A stretch of DNA of 64,000 nucleotides from an uncultured Geobacter sp. (GTDB lineage: Bacteria; Desulfobacterota; Desulfuromonadia; Geobacterales; CAIOGM01): positions 5,887-69,886 of the forward strand of contig CAIUWK010000095.1 of assembly GCA_903902855.1 (NCBI GenBank), in the 5' to 3' direction. Below are positions 46,502-58,400 of the stretch, piece after piece. The notes under the pieces are model-generated. The model was not told the origin of the DNA and did no database searches. It saw only the letters and a program-made list of their open reading frames with translations. Every line of letters starts with the position of its first letter. Within the stretch, counting starts at the first letter, position 1. Made by a program: the position numbers and the translations under genes.

Positions 46502-46640
46502 GAAAACATAAACGCATATGTCAACCAAAACCTTCCACCCGAAAGTGCTTTGTTTTTTCTTGATAGTTCGTGGTTTCTCTGTGACCTCTGTGACTCTGTG
46601 GTGAGCGGTTTTTTCAAGAATTCGACAAGGAGAATCTCTC

Positions 46641-47684
46641 ATGTCCTTCCGTACCATCCAGTGGCGCGACGACAAGGTCGTCATGATCGATCAGACCCGG
46701 CTCCCGGCCGAGGAAATCTATAATGAGTACTCCGACTACCAAGGAGTAGCCCAGGCGATTCGGGGGATGATCATTCGCGGTGCCCCGGCCATCGGCGTGG
46801 CCGCCGCCATGGGGGTGGCCCTGGGGGCGCGGGATATCCAGGCGTCCGACCACGAGAGTTTCTTCCGGGAATTCGAGACAATCTGCGACGTCATCGCCGG
46901 GACCCGCCCCACGGCGGTGAACCTCTTCTGGGCCATCCAGCGGATGAAGCGGATGGCCGAAGCCCACCGGACTCTTCCCCTCCCCACAATTTGTAAGATC
47001 CTCATTGCCGAGGCGATCCGGGTGGAGGAAGAGGATCTGGCCATCTGCAAGGCCATCGGCGCCAACGGAGCCAAGCTGATTCCCCAGGGGGCAACGATCC
47101 TGACCCACTGCAACGCCGGAGGGCTCGCCACTGCCGGCTACGGCACGGCCCTGGGGGTCATCCGTGCAGCCCACGAGGCGGGAAAGGGGATCAAGGTCTT
47201 TGCCGACGAGACCCGCCCCTGGCTTCAGGGAGCGCGTCTCACCGCCTGGGAGTTGATGAAGGACAACATCCCGGTGACCCTCATCTCCGACAACATGGCC
47301 GGTTACTTCATGAAAAAAGGGGAGATCACCTGCTGTGTGGTGGGGGCCGACCGGATCGCCGCCAACGGCGATACCGCCAACAAGATCGGCACCTACTCCG
47401 TGGCGGTCCTGGCCAAAGAGAACGGCATCCCCTTCTACGTGGCGGCCCCGGTCTCAACCCTGGATCTCACCCTTTCCCACGGCGACCAGATCCCCATCGA
47501 GGAGCGAACCACTCTGGAGGTGACCCACATCAAGGGAATCGCCATCGCCCCGGAAGGGGTTGCGGTGAAAAACCCGGCCTTCGACGTCACTCCGGCCCGC
47601 TACATCACCGGCATCATCACCCAGCATGGGGTGGCAACCGGTGACTACCTGAAGGAGCTGAAGGCGCTGGCGGAGAAGGGGTGA
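46641..47684 (+). CDS. mtnA: S-methyl-5-thioribose-1-phosphate isomerase
   Basis: It carries [22 protein letters not shown]...[12 protein letters not shown]...HCNAGGLAT...[18 protein letters not shown], the MtnA/eIF-2B family pattern. Confidence 0.85.
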   Translation: MSFRTIQWRDDKVVMIDQTRLPAEEIYNEYSDYQGVAQAIRGMIIRGAPAIGVAAAMGVALGARDIQASDHESFFREFETICDVIAGTRPTAVNLFWAIQRMKRMAEAHRTLPLPTICKILIAEAIRVEEEDLAICKAIGANGAKLIPQGATILTHCNAGGLATAGYGTALGVIRAAHEAGKGIKVFADETRPWLQGARLTAWELMKDNIPVTLISDNMAGYFMKKGEITCCVVGADRIAANGDTANKIGTYSVAVLAKENGIPFYVAAPVSTLDLTLSHGDQIPIEERTTLEVTHIKGIAIAPEGVAVKNPAFDVTPARYITGIITQHGVATGDYLKELKALAEKG

Positions 47685-47775
47685 TCGCCGGTTGCTATCC
47701 GTCGTTCCCGAATGTTTAATCGGGAAGGTGCGACAAGCAAAAACCTAACCGGACAACGCTGACTCAGGATGAAGT

Positions 47776-48315
47776 ATGACGAAAAAAGCCGACCACGAAA
47801 GTCATAAAGAGCTTTCTCCTCCGAAAGAGGATAAAGGGCTTGCGCCACTGGTTACCGAGCTTCGCGGACTCATCCACGCCGTTGCCACCAAGGTCAACAT
47901 CCTGCAAGTGCGGACTAACTTCGAGATCGGGCGGCGGATTGTGGAGCAAGAGCAGAAGGGGGCGGAGCGGGCCGAATATGGGAAAGAGCTGCTGAAGGAT
48001 CTTTCGGTGAAGCTGTCCGCAGAGTTCGGGAACGGTTTTTCTCCAACCAATTTACGTCTGATTCGACAATTCTTTCTTGATTACCGGGACCGAATTGGTC
48101 AGACACCGACTGACCTTTTCCCCATCACGCCAATTTGTCAGACAGTGTCTGATAAATTCGAGAAAATTGTGCAGGCACCGTATGGGAATTCCGGCAAGCC
48201 ACCTATTACGCTCAGTTGGTCCCATTATCTGCCGTCCAAGGAGTTGTTGCAACAGAAGCTGGTTGAATGGGTGAGGGAAGAGGAGGTGGCTTATGGAGCC
48301 GAGAGAACATCATGA
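47776..48315 (+). pseudogene. YhcG/DUF1016-family (PDDEXK nuclease) gene remnant lacking the nuclease core
   Basis: The N-terminal DUF1016 region is intact (FEIGRRIVEQEQKGAERAEYGKELLKDLSVKLSAEFGNGFSPTNLRLIRQF...LSWSHY). It joins directly to a C-terminal tail (LPSKELLQQKL). At 179 aa it is well short of the roughly 340-375 aa expected (length from memory). Confidence 0.55.
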
Positions 48316-51300
48316 ACCGTAACGACTTTTATGCCGAATTCCCCACAGCTTTTGCTCCCGCTCCCGTGGCAGGGGACCGGAACCTCATCGCCTTTCTGCA
48401 GCGAATGGGGTACGTTTTCCCCTCCCGCTCCGCCACCAACCTCCGACTTCTGGCCGAAAGCCTCCCCGGCGAGAACCTGGCAGGAATGGCCTATGCGGCG
48501 CTCTTCACCCCTTTGCCGGATATGGCGCTGAACGGTCTGGAGCGGATCAGCGCGGTGGTCTCCCAAGAGGAACTGCACGCCGTCTGCGCAAGCAGGCAGC
48601 GCTTCGTCCAGCTGCTGACCCTCTGCGGTTCGTCGCCATTTCTCACCAACATCATCTGCCGCGCCCCTGAGTACTTCCGGGCGCTCTTCACCAACAGGCA
48701 GATCGATACCCGTCGCACCGAGGCCGAGAGTCTGGCAGCCCTGCGGGAATTCATCGGCGACGAGACCGGTTATCAGGAGATCCTCCCGCTCCTGCGGCGG
48801 TTCAAGTGCCACGAAATCCTCCGCATCGCCACCCGTGACCTGAATAATCTCGCCCCGCTGGAGGAGGTGACCGCCGAACTGACCTCTCTGGCCGCCTCCT
48901 GTCTCCAGGTGGCCTACGAGGCGGCCCGACGCAAGCTGGTAAAAGAGCATGGCTCTCCCATGACCATTACCCCCCACGGGGAGCGGGAGGCGGACCTCAC
49001 CATTCTCGGCATGGGGAAGTTCGGAGGAAGGGAGCTGAACTTTTCTTCGGACATCGACCTGATCTACTTCTATACCTCCGACGAAGGGGAGACCGCCGGA
49101 GTTCCCGGCAGTCATGGCGCTCTTCAGGGGAAGGTCTCGCTGCACGCCTTTTTCGTCAAGCTGGGGGAGTTGATCTCCCGGGCCATCTCCCAAGTGACTG
49201 CCGACGGCTATGTCTTTCGGGTGGATATGGGGCTTAGGCCCGAGGGGAAGAGCGGCGACATGGCAATCTCCCAGCGCTCAGCCGAGGTTTACTATGAATC
49301 GTGGGGCCAGTCGTGGGAGCGGACCGCCATGCTGAAGGCTCGACCGGTGGCGGGAGATCTCCCCCTGGGTGAATCGATCCTCAAGTTTCTGGAGCCCTTC
49401 ATCTATCGCAAATACCACGACTTCAACATGATCGAAGATATGAAGGTAATGAAGCAGAAGATCAACGCTTCCCTGGCCCGGGAACGGGAGGGGGAGCTGA
49501 ATATCAAGCTGGGGCACGGCGGCATCCGGGAAATCGAGTTTTTCATCCAGTCGCTGCAGTTGGTCTATGCGGGTAAGAATCCCGCCCTGCGGGAACGGAC
49601 CACCATGAAGGCGCTGGAAAAGCTCCGGGATACCCGACTCATCACCGGGGAGGAGTGTGACACGCTCCGGAATGCCTATCGGTTTCTCCGCACCGTGGAG
49701 CACCGGATACAGGTGGTTCAAGAACGCCAGACCCACAACCTCCCCACCAGGGAGGAAGAGTTCAAAGCCCTGGCCCGCCGCTGCGGCTTTCTCCGGGAAA
49801 ACGGGGTGCAGCGGTTTAAGCAAACTCTTTCCGGCCACCGGGCGCGGGTCTCCGGGATGTACGGCAAGCTCTTTCACACTGGGGAGCAGACGGCAGCGGA
49901 TGAGGTGAGCCCGGTGATCAAGCGGTTCCTGGACCACCGGGCCGATCCCGACCTGATCAAGGATCTCCTGGCCGAGCAGCGGTTCACCCATCTGGACCGG
50001 GCCTATGAGAGTCTCGTGGTGCTCCGGGACGGCCCCCCCCGGGCCCGCCTCACCGAGCGGGCGCGACGAACCCTGGAAAAGATCGCACCCTTCTTTCTCC
50101 AGTATCTGCTGGAGTCGCCGGACCAGGATATGGCGCTGGCCAACCTGGAACGGTTCCTGGTGGCGGTGGGGTCACGCTCCACCCTCTACGCCCTCCTTGC
50201 GGAAAACCGGGAAACGCTCAAACTGCTGGTCTCCCTCTTCGGCATGTCCGAGTTTCTCTCCAAAATCCTCATCAATAACCCGGCACTCCTGGACAGCATG
50301 GTCACCCGCTCCACCTCCGACTTCAACAAGAGCCGCCAGGAGATGGCAACGGAACTCTCCCTCCTCCTGGACCAGGCCGATGACTTTGAGGAGCGGCTGG
50401 ATACGCTCCGGCGCTACCGACACGAAGAGTTTCTCCGAATCGGTCTCAATGACATCCACGGCAAGCTGGGGCAGTCGGAGATCACCCACCAGCTCACCAC
50501 CCTGGCCGATGTCCTCCTCTTTGCGGCCTACATCATGGCGAAGAAAGAGCTTACCCGCCATGGGAAGCCGACCTGCTCTGATAACGGCCCTCTCCGCGAG
50601 GCCGGTCTCGCCGTCATCGCCCTGGGAAAGATGGGTGGCTACGAGCTCAACTACCATTCCGATCTGGACATCATCTACATCTATGACCATCAGGGAATGA
50701 CCGACGGCCCGAAACCGATCAGTAACCACGAATACTTCGCCAAACTCGGCCAGAAGATCATCTCCATCCTCTCCACCCAGACCCGGGAAGGGTACGTCTA
50801 TAAAATCGACACCCGGCTGCGCCCCTCGGGCAACGCCGGACCGCTGGTGACCTCCCTGGGATCATTCCGGAGCTACCATGCCCATGAGGCCCAGACCTGG
50901 GAACGGCAGGCGCTTACCAAGGCCCGCATCGTCATCGGTCGTCCGGAGCTGCGGGAAGAGCTTGAGCAGATCATCAGTGCCACCGTCTACGGCGCCACCG
51001 CCGGTGATGAGGAGCGGCATGAGATTCGCCGGCTCCGGATGCGGATGGAGAATGAGCTGGCCAAGGAGAAGAAGGGGAGCTACAACATCAAGACCGGCCG
51101 GGGGGGGATCGTGGATGTGGAGTTCATCGTCCAGTACCTCCAGCTGAAATTCGGCTGCGACCACCGGACTCTCCGCTCCCCTTCCACCGTGACGGCGCTG
51201 AAGGCGATGCGACATGAACAGCTCATGGCCGACCAGGACGCGGAAACACTCCTCACCGGGTACAAATTCCTGAGGCGCCTGGAGAACCGGCTCCGGATTA

Positions 51301-51476
51301 TCCACGACTACTCCATGAATGATCTGGGGGGGTCCAGCGACTATCTGGACAAACTGGCCCGACGGCTTGGTTACGATACGAAACTACGTCATCCCGGAGA
51401 ACTCTTCATGGCGGACTACGAAAAGACCACCTCAGCCATCCGCGACTGCTTCCACCGGGTCTTCGGAGAAGGGTAA
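48312..51476 (+). CDS. glnE: Bifunctional glutamine synthetase adenylyltransferase/adenylyl-removing enzyme
   Basis: The start is at MNRNDFY (48312). It has two nucleotidyltransferase modules (GMGKFGGRELNFSSDIDLIYFY and ALGKMGGYELNYHSDLDIIYIY) with GlnE-type linker regions, for a length of about 1054 aa. Confidence 0.85.
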   Translation: MNRNDFYAEFPTAFAPAPVAGDRNLIAFLQRMGYVFPSRSATNLRLLAESLPGENLAGMAYAALFTPLPDMALNGLERISAVVSQEELHAVCASRQRFVQLLTLCGSSPFLTNIICRAPEYFRALFTNRQIDTRRTEAESLAALREFIGDETGYQEILPLLRRFKCHEILRIATRDLNNLAPLEEVTAELTSLAASCLQVAYEAARRKLVKEHGSPMTITPHGEREADLTILGMGKFGGRELNFSSDIDLIYFYTSDEGETAGVPGSHGALQGKVSLHAFFVKLGELISRAISQVTADGYVFRVDMGLRPEGKSGDMAISQRSAEVYYESWGQSWERTAMLKARPVAGDLPLGESILKFLEPFIYRKYHDFNMIEDMKVMKQKINASLAREREGELNIKLGHGGIREIEFFIQSLQLVYAGKNPALRERTTMKALEKLRDTRLITGEECDTLRNAYRFLRTVEHRIQVVQERQTHNLPTREEEFKALARRCGFLRENGVQRFKQTLSGHRARVSGMYGKLFHTGEQTAADEVSPVIKRFLDHRADPDLIKDLLAEQRFTHLDRAYESLVVLRDGPPRARLTERARRTLEKIAPFFLQYLLESPDQDMALANLERFLVAVGSRSTLYALLAENRETLKLLVSLFGMSEFLSKILINNPALLDSMVTRSTSDFNKSRQEMATELSLLLDQADDFEERLDTLRRYRHEEFLRIGLNDIHGKLGQSEITHQLTTLADVLLFAAYIMAKKELTRHGKPTCSDNGPLREAGLAVIALGKMGGYELNYHSDLDIIYIYDHQGMTDGPKPISNHEYFAKLGQKIISILSTQTREGYVYKIDTRLRPSGNAGPLVTSLGSFRSYHAHEAQTWERQALTKARIVIGRPELREELEQIISATVYGATAGDEERHEIRRLRMRMENELAKEKKGSYNIKTGRGGIVDVEFIVQYLQLKFGCDHRTLRSPSTVTALKAMRHEQLMADQDAETLLTGYKFLRRLENRLRIIHDYSMNDLGGSSDYLDKLARRLGYDTKLRHPGELFMADYEKTTSAIRDCFHRVFGEG

Positions 51477-51490
51477 CAGGAAGACAGGCA

Positions 51491-53650
51491 ATGAGGCTCC
51501 CCCTGAAGAAGAGTACGTTCGGCCAAAAACTGATCGGCGGATTTCTGGTCGTGGCGTTCTTCGCCGCCCTTGTGGGTGGGGTGGGGATCATCAATATCAG
51601 AACCATTGCCAAGGCCGATACCAGGCTTTATGAAAAATACACGGTTCCCATCGGCCAACTGCAGGAGATGATTTCGTCACACTTTCTTATCCGCCTCACC
51701 CTGCAAGAGTTGCAGTATGAATCAGATCCCTCGAAAAAACAGGAGCATCTCAACAAAGTTCGGGAATTGCTCAACAGTGTCGACCAGAACGCCGGCGCGT
51801 TTGAAACGACCATCCTCACCCGGGAAGGGAGAGAGCACTTCAAAGAGTTTACCGACGTCTGGAAATTGTACAAAAGCGACCTGGTTAAGGCGATTAGCCT
51901 GAGTGAGCAAGGGAACCGGAAGGAGCTGTCACGACTGCTGACAGGAGCGATGGTCCAAAACGGCGCCAGAGCCTTCGAGGTGCTCGTGGAGCAGGTGAAC
52001 TCCAAGATCAGGCAGGCCAAGCGGAGTTCCAACGAAAACAATGTGTTGTCTCAAAAAGCTACCCTGCTCATGTCTCTGTTCACCCTGGCGGCGATTATCC
52101 TGGGGCTGAGTCTCGGTTTGGTCATCACCCGGGGGATCAAGCGGCAACTGGGGGGAGAGCCGGCCGATGTGGCCGAACTGGCCGGCAAAGTGGCTCGCGG
52201 GGACCTCTCTTCCTGCATCGACACGGCAGGGAAGGCCCCCGGGAGCATCATCGTGGCCATGCAACAGATGTCCGAGGCCATCAGGGCGCTGCTGACCGAC
52301 GCTGGGACTCTGACCCAGGCGGCAATGGCGGGGAACCTGGCCACTCGGGCCGATGCCGCCAGGCATCAGGGGGAGTTCCGTGACCTGATGGTGGGGTTCA
52401 ACGATACACTGGACGCAGTCATCGGGCCTCTAAACGTCTCCGCCGAGTATCTGGACCGTCTCTCCAAAGGGGATATCCCCCCCAAGATCACCACTATCTA
52501 CTACGGCGACTTCAATGAAACCAAGGTTAATCTGAACAATTGCGTCGATATCATGACTAACCTCCTGGGCGAAACCGGGAGAGTCCTCGCGGCTGCGGCC
52601 GACGGCAAGCTGGATGAACGGGCCAATGCCGACCTCTTCGTCGGTGACTGGAAACAACTGGTCCTGGGAATCAACAATATCGTAACGAATATCGTCAAAC
52701 CGTTGAGGCTTACCACAGAGCTTCTGAACCATGAAGTTGCTCAACGGCGTAACGATCAGGAACTACTGCAGAAGCATCAGCTTCAGCTGGAGTTGCTGAA
52801 CACGCAGCTGGAAAAGCGGGTGGCCGATGAAGTGATCAAAAACAGGGAGATGGATCGGGCATTGATGCAGAGTGAAAAGATGGCTTCCATCGGTCAGCTG
52901 GCGGCGGGAGTAGCCCATGAGATCAATAATCCCATGGGTTTTATTTCCAGCAACCTGAGAACTCTGGCCGACTATTTTGCCGTACTTGTCCGATACGATG
53001 GAACCCGGCAGGAGTATGAAGAGAGGGATCTGGCGCCGCAGAGCCGAACGGCTCTCACCGTCCACCGAAATTCATTGGATGTCGATTACATTCTGAAAGA
53101 CGGAACCGATTTGATTAATGAATCTCTGGGAGGGGCGCAGCGGGTCACAAAAATAGTCCTGGACCTGAAGAACTTTTCCCGGGTGGATGCTCTTGAGTTT
53201 GAAGAAGTAACGATGGAGAGCTGTCTGGAAAGCGCCTTGACCATCTGTTACAACGAGTTGAAATATGTCGCCACCATTCAAAAGGTATATGAACCGTCCC
53301 CCCGGATACTCTGCCACCCCGGCCAACTGAATCAGGTCTTTCTGAATCTGCTGATCAATGCCGGACAAGCCATTGTTACGGTGCCGGGTGAGATTGTCCT
53401 GAGGTGCTGGTCCGACGACGACAACGTCTACGCCTCGGTGAGCGACACCGGGCAAGGGATACCCGACGAGATTCTGTCCCGCATTTTCAACCCGTTCTTC
53501 ACGACCAAAGAGGTGGGAGAAGGGACCGGACTGGGGCTCAGCATCTCCTATGAAATCATCAAGAAACAGCATGGTGAGATTCTGGTGATGAGTACTCCGG
53601 GCAAAGGGACGACCTTTACCGTCAGGCTCCCCCGCACTACCGAAATCTGA
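51491..53650 (+). CDS. Sensor histidine kinase: TM, periplasmic helical sensor, TM, HAMP, two HAMP-like units, coiled coil, HisKA, HATPase_c
   Basis: It has an H-box ([12 protein letters not shown]), an N-box (NLLINAGQA) and G boxes (DTGQGIP, GTGLGLS). Its N-terminal roughly 395 aa are paralogous to the MCP at 55451-59308. Confidence 0.85.
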   Translation: MRLPLKKSTFGQKLIGGFLVVAFFAALVGGVGIINIRTIAKADTRLYEKYTVPIGQLQEMISSHFLIRLTLQELQYESDPSKKQEHLNKVRELLNSVDQNAGAFETTILTREGREHFKEFTDVWKLYKSDLVKAISLSEQGNRKELSRLLTGAMVQNGARAFEVLVEQVNSKIRQAKRSSNENNVLSQKATLLMSLFTLAAIILGLSLGLVITRGIKRQLGGEPADVAELAGKVARGDLSSCIDTAGKAPGSIIVAMQQMSEAIRALLTDAGTLTQAAMAGNLATRADAARHQGEFRDLMVGFNDTLDAVIGPLNVSAEYLDRLSKGDIPPKITTIYYGDFNETKVNLNNCVDIMTNLLGETGRVLAAAADGKLDERANADLFVGDWKQLVLGINNIVTNIVKPLRLTTELLNHEVAQRRNDQELLQKHQLQLELLNTQLEKRVADEVIKNREMDRALMQSEKMASIGQLAAGVAHEINNPMGFISSNLRTLADYFAVLVRYDGTRQEYEERDLAPQSRTALTVHRNSLDVDYILKDGTDLINESLGGAQRVTKIVLDLKNFSRVDALEFEEVTMESCLESALTICYNELKYVATIQKVYEPSPRILCHPGQLNQVFLNLLINAGQAIVTVPGEIVLRCWSDDDNVYASVSDTGQGIPDEILSRIFNPFFTTKEVGEGTGLGLSISYEIIKKQHGEILVMSTPGKGTTFTVRLPRTTEI

Positions 53651-53655
53651 GACAG

Positions 53656-53698
53656 CGCTGCCAAGGTCCGAAGAGCTTCCGACCTTGGCAGCGTTTTT
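53656..53698 (+). terminator. Rho-independent terminator after the histidine kinase
   Basis: A 13-bp perfect stem, CGCTGCCAAGGTC (53656-53668) paired with GACCTTGGCAGCG (53681-53693), is followed by TTTTT. Confidence 0.8.
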
Positions 53699-53721
53699 CT
53701 GCGTGAAACGGTGCACGAACA

Positions 53722-54945
53722 TCAGAAGCTGTAGGTCACCTTTGTGGCGAATATGTACGACTCTTTTTTCGCATTGCCTATGTTTTCGATGACTTCATAG
53801 TTGCCGTTGATGTAGTGCCCTTCCACCTTCAGCACCACGTTGGGGATCGGGTCGAAGCGGAGCGTCAACGCGGTATCCTTCCACCACATGTTGTAGGGAT
53901 AATACAGAGCAAAGTCTGCGTAGGTTGAACCGTCCCGGTGATGCCGATCGGCGTACACTTCATGGTAAAAACTCCCCATTTCGAACCAGTCATTGAAACG
54001 GTACGTGGCCATGACGCACCAGGAGTCGGTGGCCTGTTTTGAATTGAACTCCTTCGTTACTCCGTTGGAATAGGTGGACATGAGCGTGTAGTCGTCCAGC
54101 TCGTATTCGCCGGAGAGGACCAGATCGTTCAGCGTGTACTCCAGTGAGAAGATATAGCGATGGAGAGAATCATACTTCCAGGTGGCGGTTCCGCCAAGTC
54201 CGTCCGCGTTTAGATTCGGATCCACCGTTGCTGTCCCGCTGAGTGTCGTATGGAGGCCGGTGGCCAGGGCGCGCAGACCGGAAACCGGTGTCCGCCATTC
54301 CAGGCTGTGGGCGATGGAGGTGGTGGAACTGATATCGGTCATGTTGAGATCGCCGATCATGCCGCCGATTTCCTTGGCAAAACCGCCATCCGAGACTGCG
54401 GGGACGACGCCGATCTCCGCCTGATAGTTCAGGGTCCCGGCATTCCCCATGGGGATAGAGCCGTAGATCCCTCCCCCCATGATCGCCACCAGGGAATCCC
54501 GTTCATAATCGAAATACGCCTGCTGGGGAAGGAAGATGAAGGTGCGCAGGGCGTCATTGTCCCGTGCTTCGTTGTAGAGGCCCAGGGGAATCTTCACCTT
54601 TCCCGCCCGGAAACCGAGCCAGTCCTTGAAACGGTAATCGCCGTACCCCCAGTCGATGGTGACCTTGTCCCGGCCGTAGTTGCCCCGGTTAAAGGCGGAC
54701 AATTGCAGTCCCACATGCAGGTCCGGGGTAATCTCCTTGGTAAAATTTATCCCGAAATCGTTGAAATCAAACGACCCCCTGCCGCTGTTGCTCACGGGGA
54801 AATTGTTCTGGGAGCTGCTCTTGATATACCCCTGGGAGAGGAATCCATGAATATCAACCCCCCAGATTTCAATGGCAGAAGCGGTGGTGGAGAAGGCGGC
54901 AACTCCGACGGCGCAGATAACTGCCGCTAGCAATAATTTTTTCAT
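53722..54945 (-). CDS. Outer-membrane beta-barrel (porin-like) protein
   Basis: It has a signal peptide (AAFSTTASA-IE), an alternating beta-strand pattern over 407 aa and a C-terminal KVTYSF. Confidence 0.6.
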   Translation of the reverse strand: MKKLLLAAVICAVGVAAFSTTASAIEIWGVDIHGFLSQGYIKSSSQNNFPVSNSGRGSFDFNDFGINFTKEITPDLHVGLQLSAFNRGNYGRDKVTIDWGYGDYRFKDWLGFRAGKVKIPLGLYNEARDNDALRTFIFLPQQAYFDYERDSLVAIMGGGIYGSIPMGNAGTLNYQAEIGVVPAVSDGGFAKEIGGMIGDLNMTDISSTTSIAHSLEWRTPVSGLRALATGLHTTLSGTATVDPNLNADGLGGTATWKYDSLHRYIFSLEYTLNDLVLSGEYELDDYTLMSTYSNGVTKEFNSKQATDSWCVMATYRFNDWFEMGSFYHEVYADRHHRDGSTYADFALYYPYNMWWKDTALTLRFDPIPNVVLKVEGHYINGNYEVIENIGNAKKESYIFATKVTYSF

Positions 54946-54956
54946 CTGAAATCCTC

Positions 54957-55403
54957 CTACTTGATGGAAATGGTTTTGACCGAACCGACGGCCTGTCCGG
55001 CAGCCACGTAGCCCACCGAGCCCGATTGGCTTGCCACGAAATCAACCAGCTTCCCCGCCTCGTCAAAGGCCTTGGGGGCCGCGGCCTTGCCGGTAAAAAT
55101 CAGTTTCTTCCAGTAGCTGTCGAATTGAGATGGAGTCTTCCCCACAACACTCTGCAGAAAGGCCTTGTGGGCCGCTCCTTCATCCAGGATGACGATCTTG
55201 ATCGGTTTACCGTCGTCCCATCTTGTTTTTTCTCCCAGAAAAATTGCCTGGAGATCGGCCTTGCTCAGTGAGCTCGCCGAGACATTCTTGTTGGCGACAA
55301 TTACAAAGTCGGCCGCCGCCGCCGGAGCGGGAACCCCCATCATGAGTGCGCCTGCCATAAGGGTTGCGGTAAAGCAGTTGAGCAGTACCCGGTTAATCAT
55401 CAT
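54957..55403 (-). CDS. Small periplasmic substrate-binding-domain protein (PstS/PBP-like fragment-size)
   Basis: It has a signal peptide followed by FVIVANKNVSASSLSKADLQAIFLGEKTRWDDG...GSVGYV, a motif pattern seen in phosphate/anion-binding PBP-like domains. Confidence 0.5.
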   Translation of the reverse strand: MMINRVLLNCFTATLMAGALMMGVPAPAAAADFVIVANKNVSASSLSKADLQAIFLGEKTRWDDGKPIKIVILDEGAAHKAFLQSVVGKTPSQFDSYWKKLIFTGKAAAPKAFDEAGKLVDFVASQSGSVGYVAAGQAVGSVKTISIK

Positions 55404-55450
55404 TTGATTCCCCTTTCTTGTAATGAAGTTACGCGAAGCAGGCGATTATG

Positions 55451-58400
55451 TCAGCACAGGGACATGGCGGGCCTCCTCTTCTCGGAACGTCTCGATCCTG
55501 AGTCGTCGGTTTTAAAGAAGGTCACGGCAGCCTGGAGCTGCTCCGCCTGGGAAGAGAGCTCCTGGGCGGTGGATGCCATCTCTTCTGCCGCCGAGGCGTT
55601 CTGCTGAATGACCTGATCCAGCTGCCGGATCGCTTTGTTGATCTGGCCGGCGCCGCTATCCTGTTCCCGACAGGCGGCATTGATCTCCTGTACCAGCTCC
55701 GCGGTCTTCCGGATTTCCGGGACGATCCTGGCCAGCATGACTTCCGCCCGTTCCGCCACCTCCATGCTGGAAAAGGAAAGTTTGGAGATCTCCTGGGCCG
55801 CCTGCTGACTCCGTTCCGCCAGCTTCCGCACCTCGGAGGCCACCACGGCAAACCCTTTGCCGTGCTCTCCAGCCCGGGCCGCTTCGATGGCCGCGTTCAG
55901 AGCCAGCATGTTGGTCTGCCGGGCGATCTCCTCAATAATGGTGATCTTCCCGGCAATTTCCCGCATGGCCGTCACAGTCTCGGCCACCGCCCTCCCCCCG
56001 GCCGTGGCGTCCCCTGCTACCATGGTGGCGATCTTGTCGGTCTCCCGGGCGTTGACGGCGTTCTGCCGGATATTGGCGGTCATCTGCTCTATGCTGGAGG
56101 AGGCCTGCTGGGCGGCATCAGCCTGTGCCGAGGCGCCATGGGAGAGCTGCTCCGCGCCGGAGCTCATTTCCAGAGAGCCGGAGGCCACGTTGTCGGCGGC
56201 GCTCTTCACCTCGCTTACCACGGAGGTGAGCTGGCGGACCATGGTGATAAGGGCCTGCATCAGCTCGTCGTCGGCTGAACGCTTCCCCAGCGCCACCATG
56301 AGATTGCCGGAGGCCACCTCATGGGCGCTCTCGGTAATCCGGAGTTGCGCCTGGATGAGATCATTGAGATTTTGGATGATGACACGATACTCCCCCTGAT
56401 AGTGGTCGGTGATAAGGGGAGGGAGTTCCCCCCGGGAAATCCGCTCCACGCAGTCGGCGGTGAGCATGAGGGGGGTGACGATATTCGTCATGGTATCGTT
56501 GATTCCGGTCACCAGCCGACGCCATCCACCTACGAACTGCCCGGCGTCGGCGCGACGCTTCAGTTCGCCGGTGGCGGCCGCCTTGATGATCATATCACTC
56601 TCGGCCAGGAGATTGTGCATGGTTCCTGCCAGGGTATTCAGATTGTTTTTGGTAATATTGTATTCGCCTCTGTACTCGGAAGTGATCAGGTGGGGGGTGA
56701 TCCCCTTGGCCACCTGATCCACGTAGTCGGCGGTGAGCCGGAGCGGGGTGGCGATGTTGGTGACGGTATCGTTGATTCCGGCAATCAGGGTCCGCCACTC
56801 ACCGACGAACCGGTCGGCGTCGGCCCGCAGGTTCAGGTCGCCGGCAGCGGCGGCGGTGATGATGGCGTCGATCTCCCCGTGGAGGAGGTGCATCGTCCCC
56901 AGCAGAGCGTTGATATTATTCTTGGTGCTCTCGTACTCCCCATGGTACTCCGCGGCGATGAGCGGGGGGATCTCCCCTCTGGTGACCTGATCCAGATAGG
57001 AGGCGGTGAGTCTGAGCGGAGTGACAATGTTGGTGAAAATGTCATTGATCCCCTCCACCAATACCCCCCAGCTTCCCACAAAAAGTCTTCTGTCGGCCCG
57101 TTCATCCAGGTTCCCCTCTGCTGCGGCCAGGACGACTCGACCGGCTTCATCCAGAAGGTTGTTCATGATATCGATACAGCCGTTGAGATTGCTCTTGATC
57201 TCGTTGAAGTCACCACGATACACGGCGGTGATCCGGGGGGGGATGTCCCCCTTGGAGATCCGGTCAACGTACTCGGCCGCCATGTTCAGCGGACCGATCA
57301 CGGTCTCCAGGGTCATGTTGAACCCGGCAATGATCTTGCGGAAATCTCCCTGATGCCGGGTAATGTCCGCCCTGCCGGCCAGATTCCCTGCCACGGCGCT
57401 CCTGACCAGCAGGTTGGTATCGTCAACCAGCGCGGTCACGTTGTCAATACAGTTATTGAGATTGAGTTTGATCTCGTTGAAATCACCGTAATAGCTGTCG
57501 ATGATCTTCTCCGGAATATCCCCCTTGGAGATTCGGTCCACGTACTTTGCCGCCATGTTCAGAGGACCGATGACCGCGTCAAGGGTCTCGTTGAACCCGA
57601 TTATGATCTTCTTGAAGTCCCCCTGATGCCGACCGGCATCGGCCCGGGACGCCAGCTTCCCCTGGATGGCATTCAGAGCCATGAGGTTGGCATCGGTCAC
57701 CAGGGCGGTGACGTTGTCGATGCAGTTGTTCAGATTAAGTTTGATCTCGTTGAAGTCACCGTAGTAGCTGTCGATGATCTTCTCCGGGATATCTCCTCTG
57801 GAAATCCGGTCCACGTACGTTGCCGCCATATTCAGGGGTCCGATGACTGCGTCAAGGGTCTCGTTGAAACCGTTCACAATCTTCCGGAAATCCCCCTGAT
57901 GCCGGTTCGCGTCGGCCCGGGCGGCCAGCTTCCCTTCCACGGCGCTCACGGTCAACCCGTGGGTGTCGTCGATGAGGAGGGTGAAGTTGTCGATGCAGTT
58001 GTTAAGATTGAGCTTGATCTCGTTGAAGTCGCCGTAGTAGCTGTCGATAATCTTCTCCGGTATATCTCCCTTGGAGATCCGGTCCACATACTCCGCCGCC
58101 ATGTTCAGGGGGCCGATGACCGCGTCAAGGGTCTCGTTGAAGCCGATCATGATCTTCCGAAAATCCCCCTGATGCCGGTTCGCGTTGGCCCGGGTGGCCA
58201 ACTTCCCTTCCACGGCGCTCACGGTCAACCCGTGGGTGTCGTCGATGAGGAGGGTGATGTTGTCGATGCAGTTGTTCAGATTAAGCTTGATCTCGTTGAA
58301 GTCGCCGTAGTAGCTGTCGCTTATCTTCTCCGGCATCTCTCCCTTGGCGATCCGGTCCACATACTTAGCCGCCATGTTCAGGGGGCCGATGACCGCGTCC

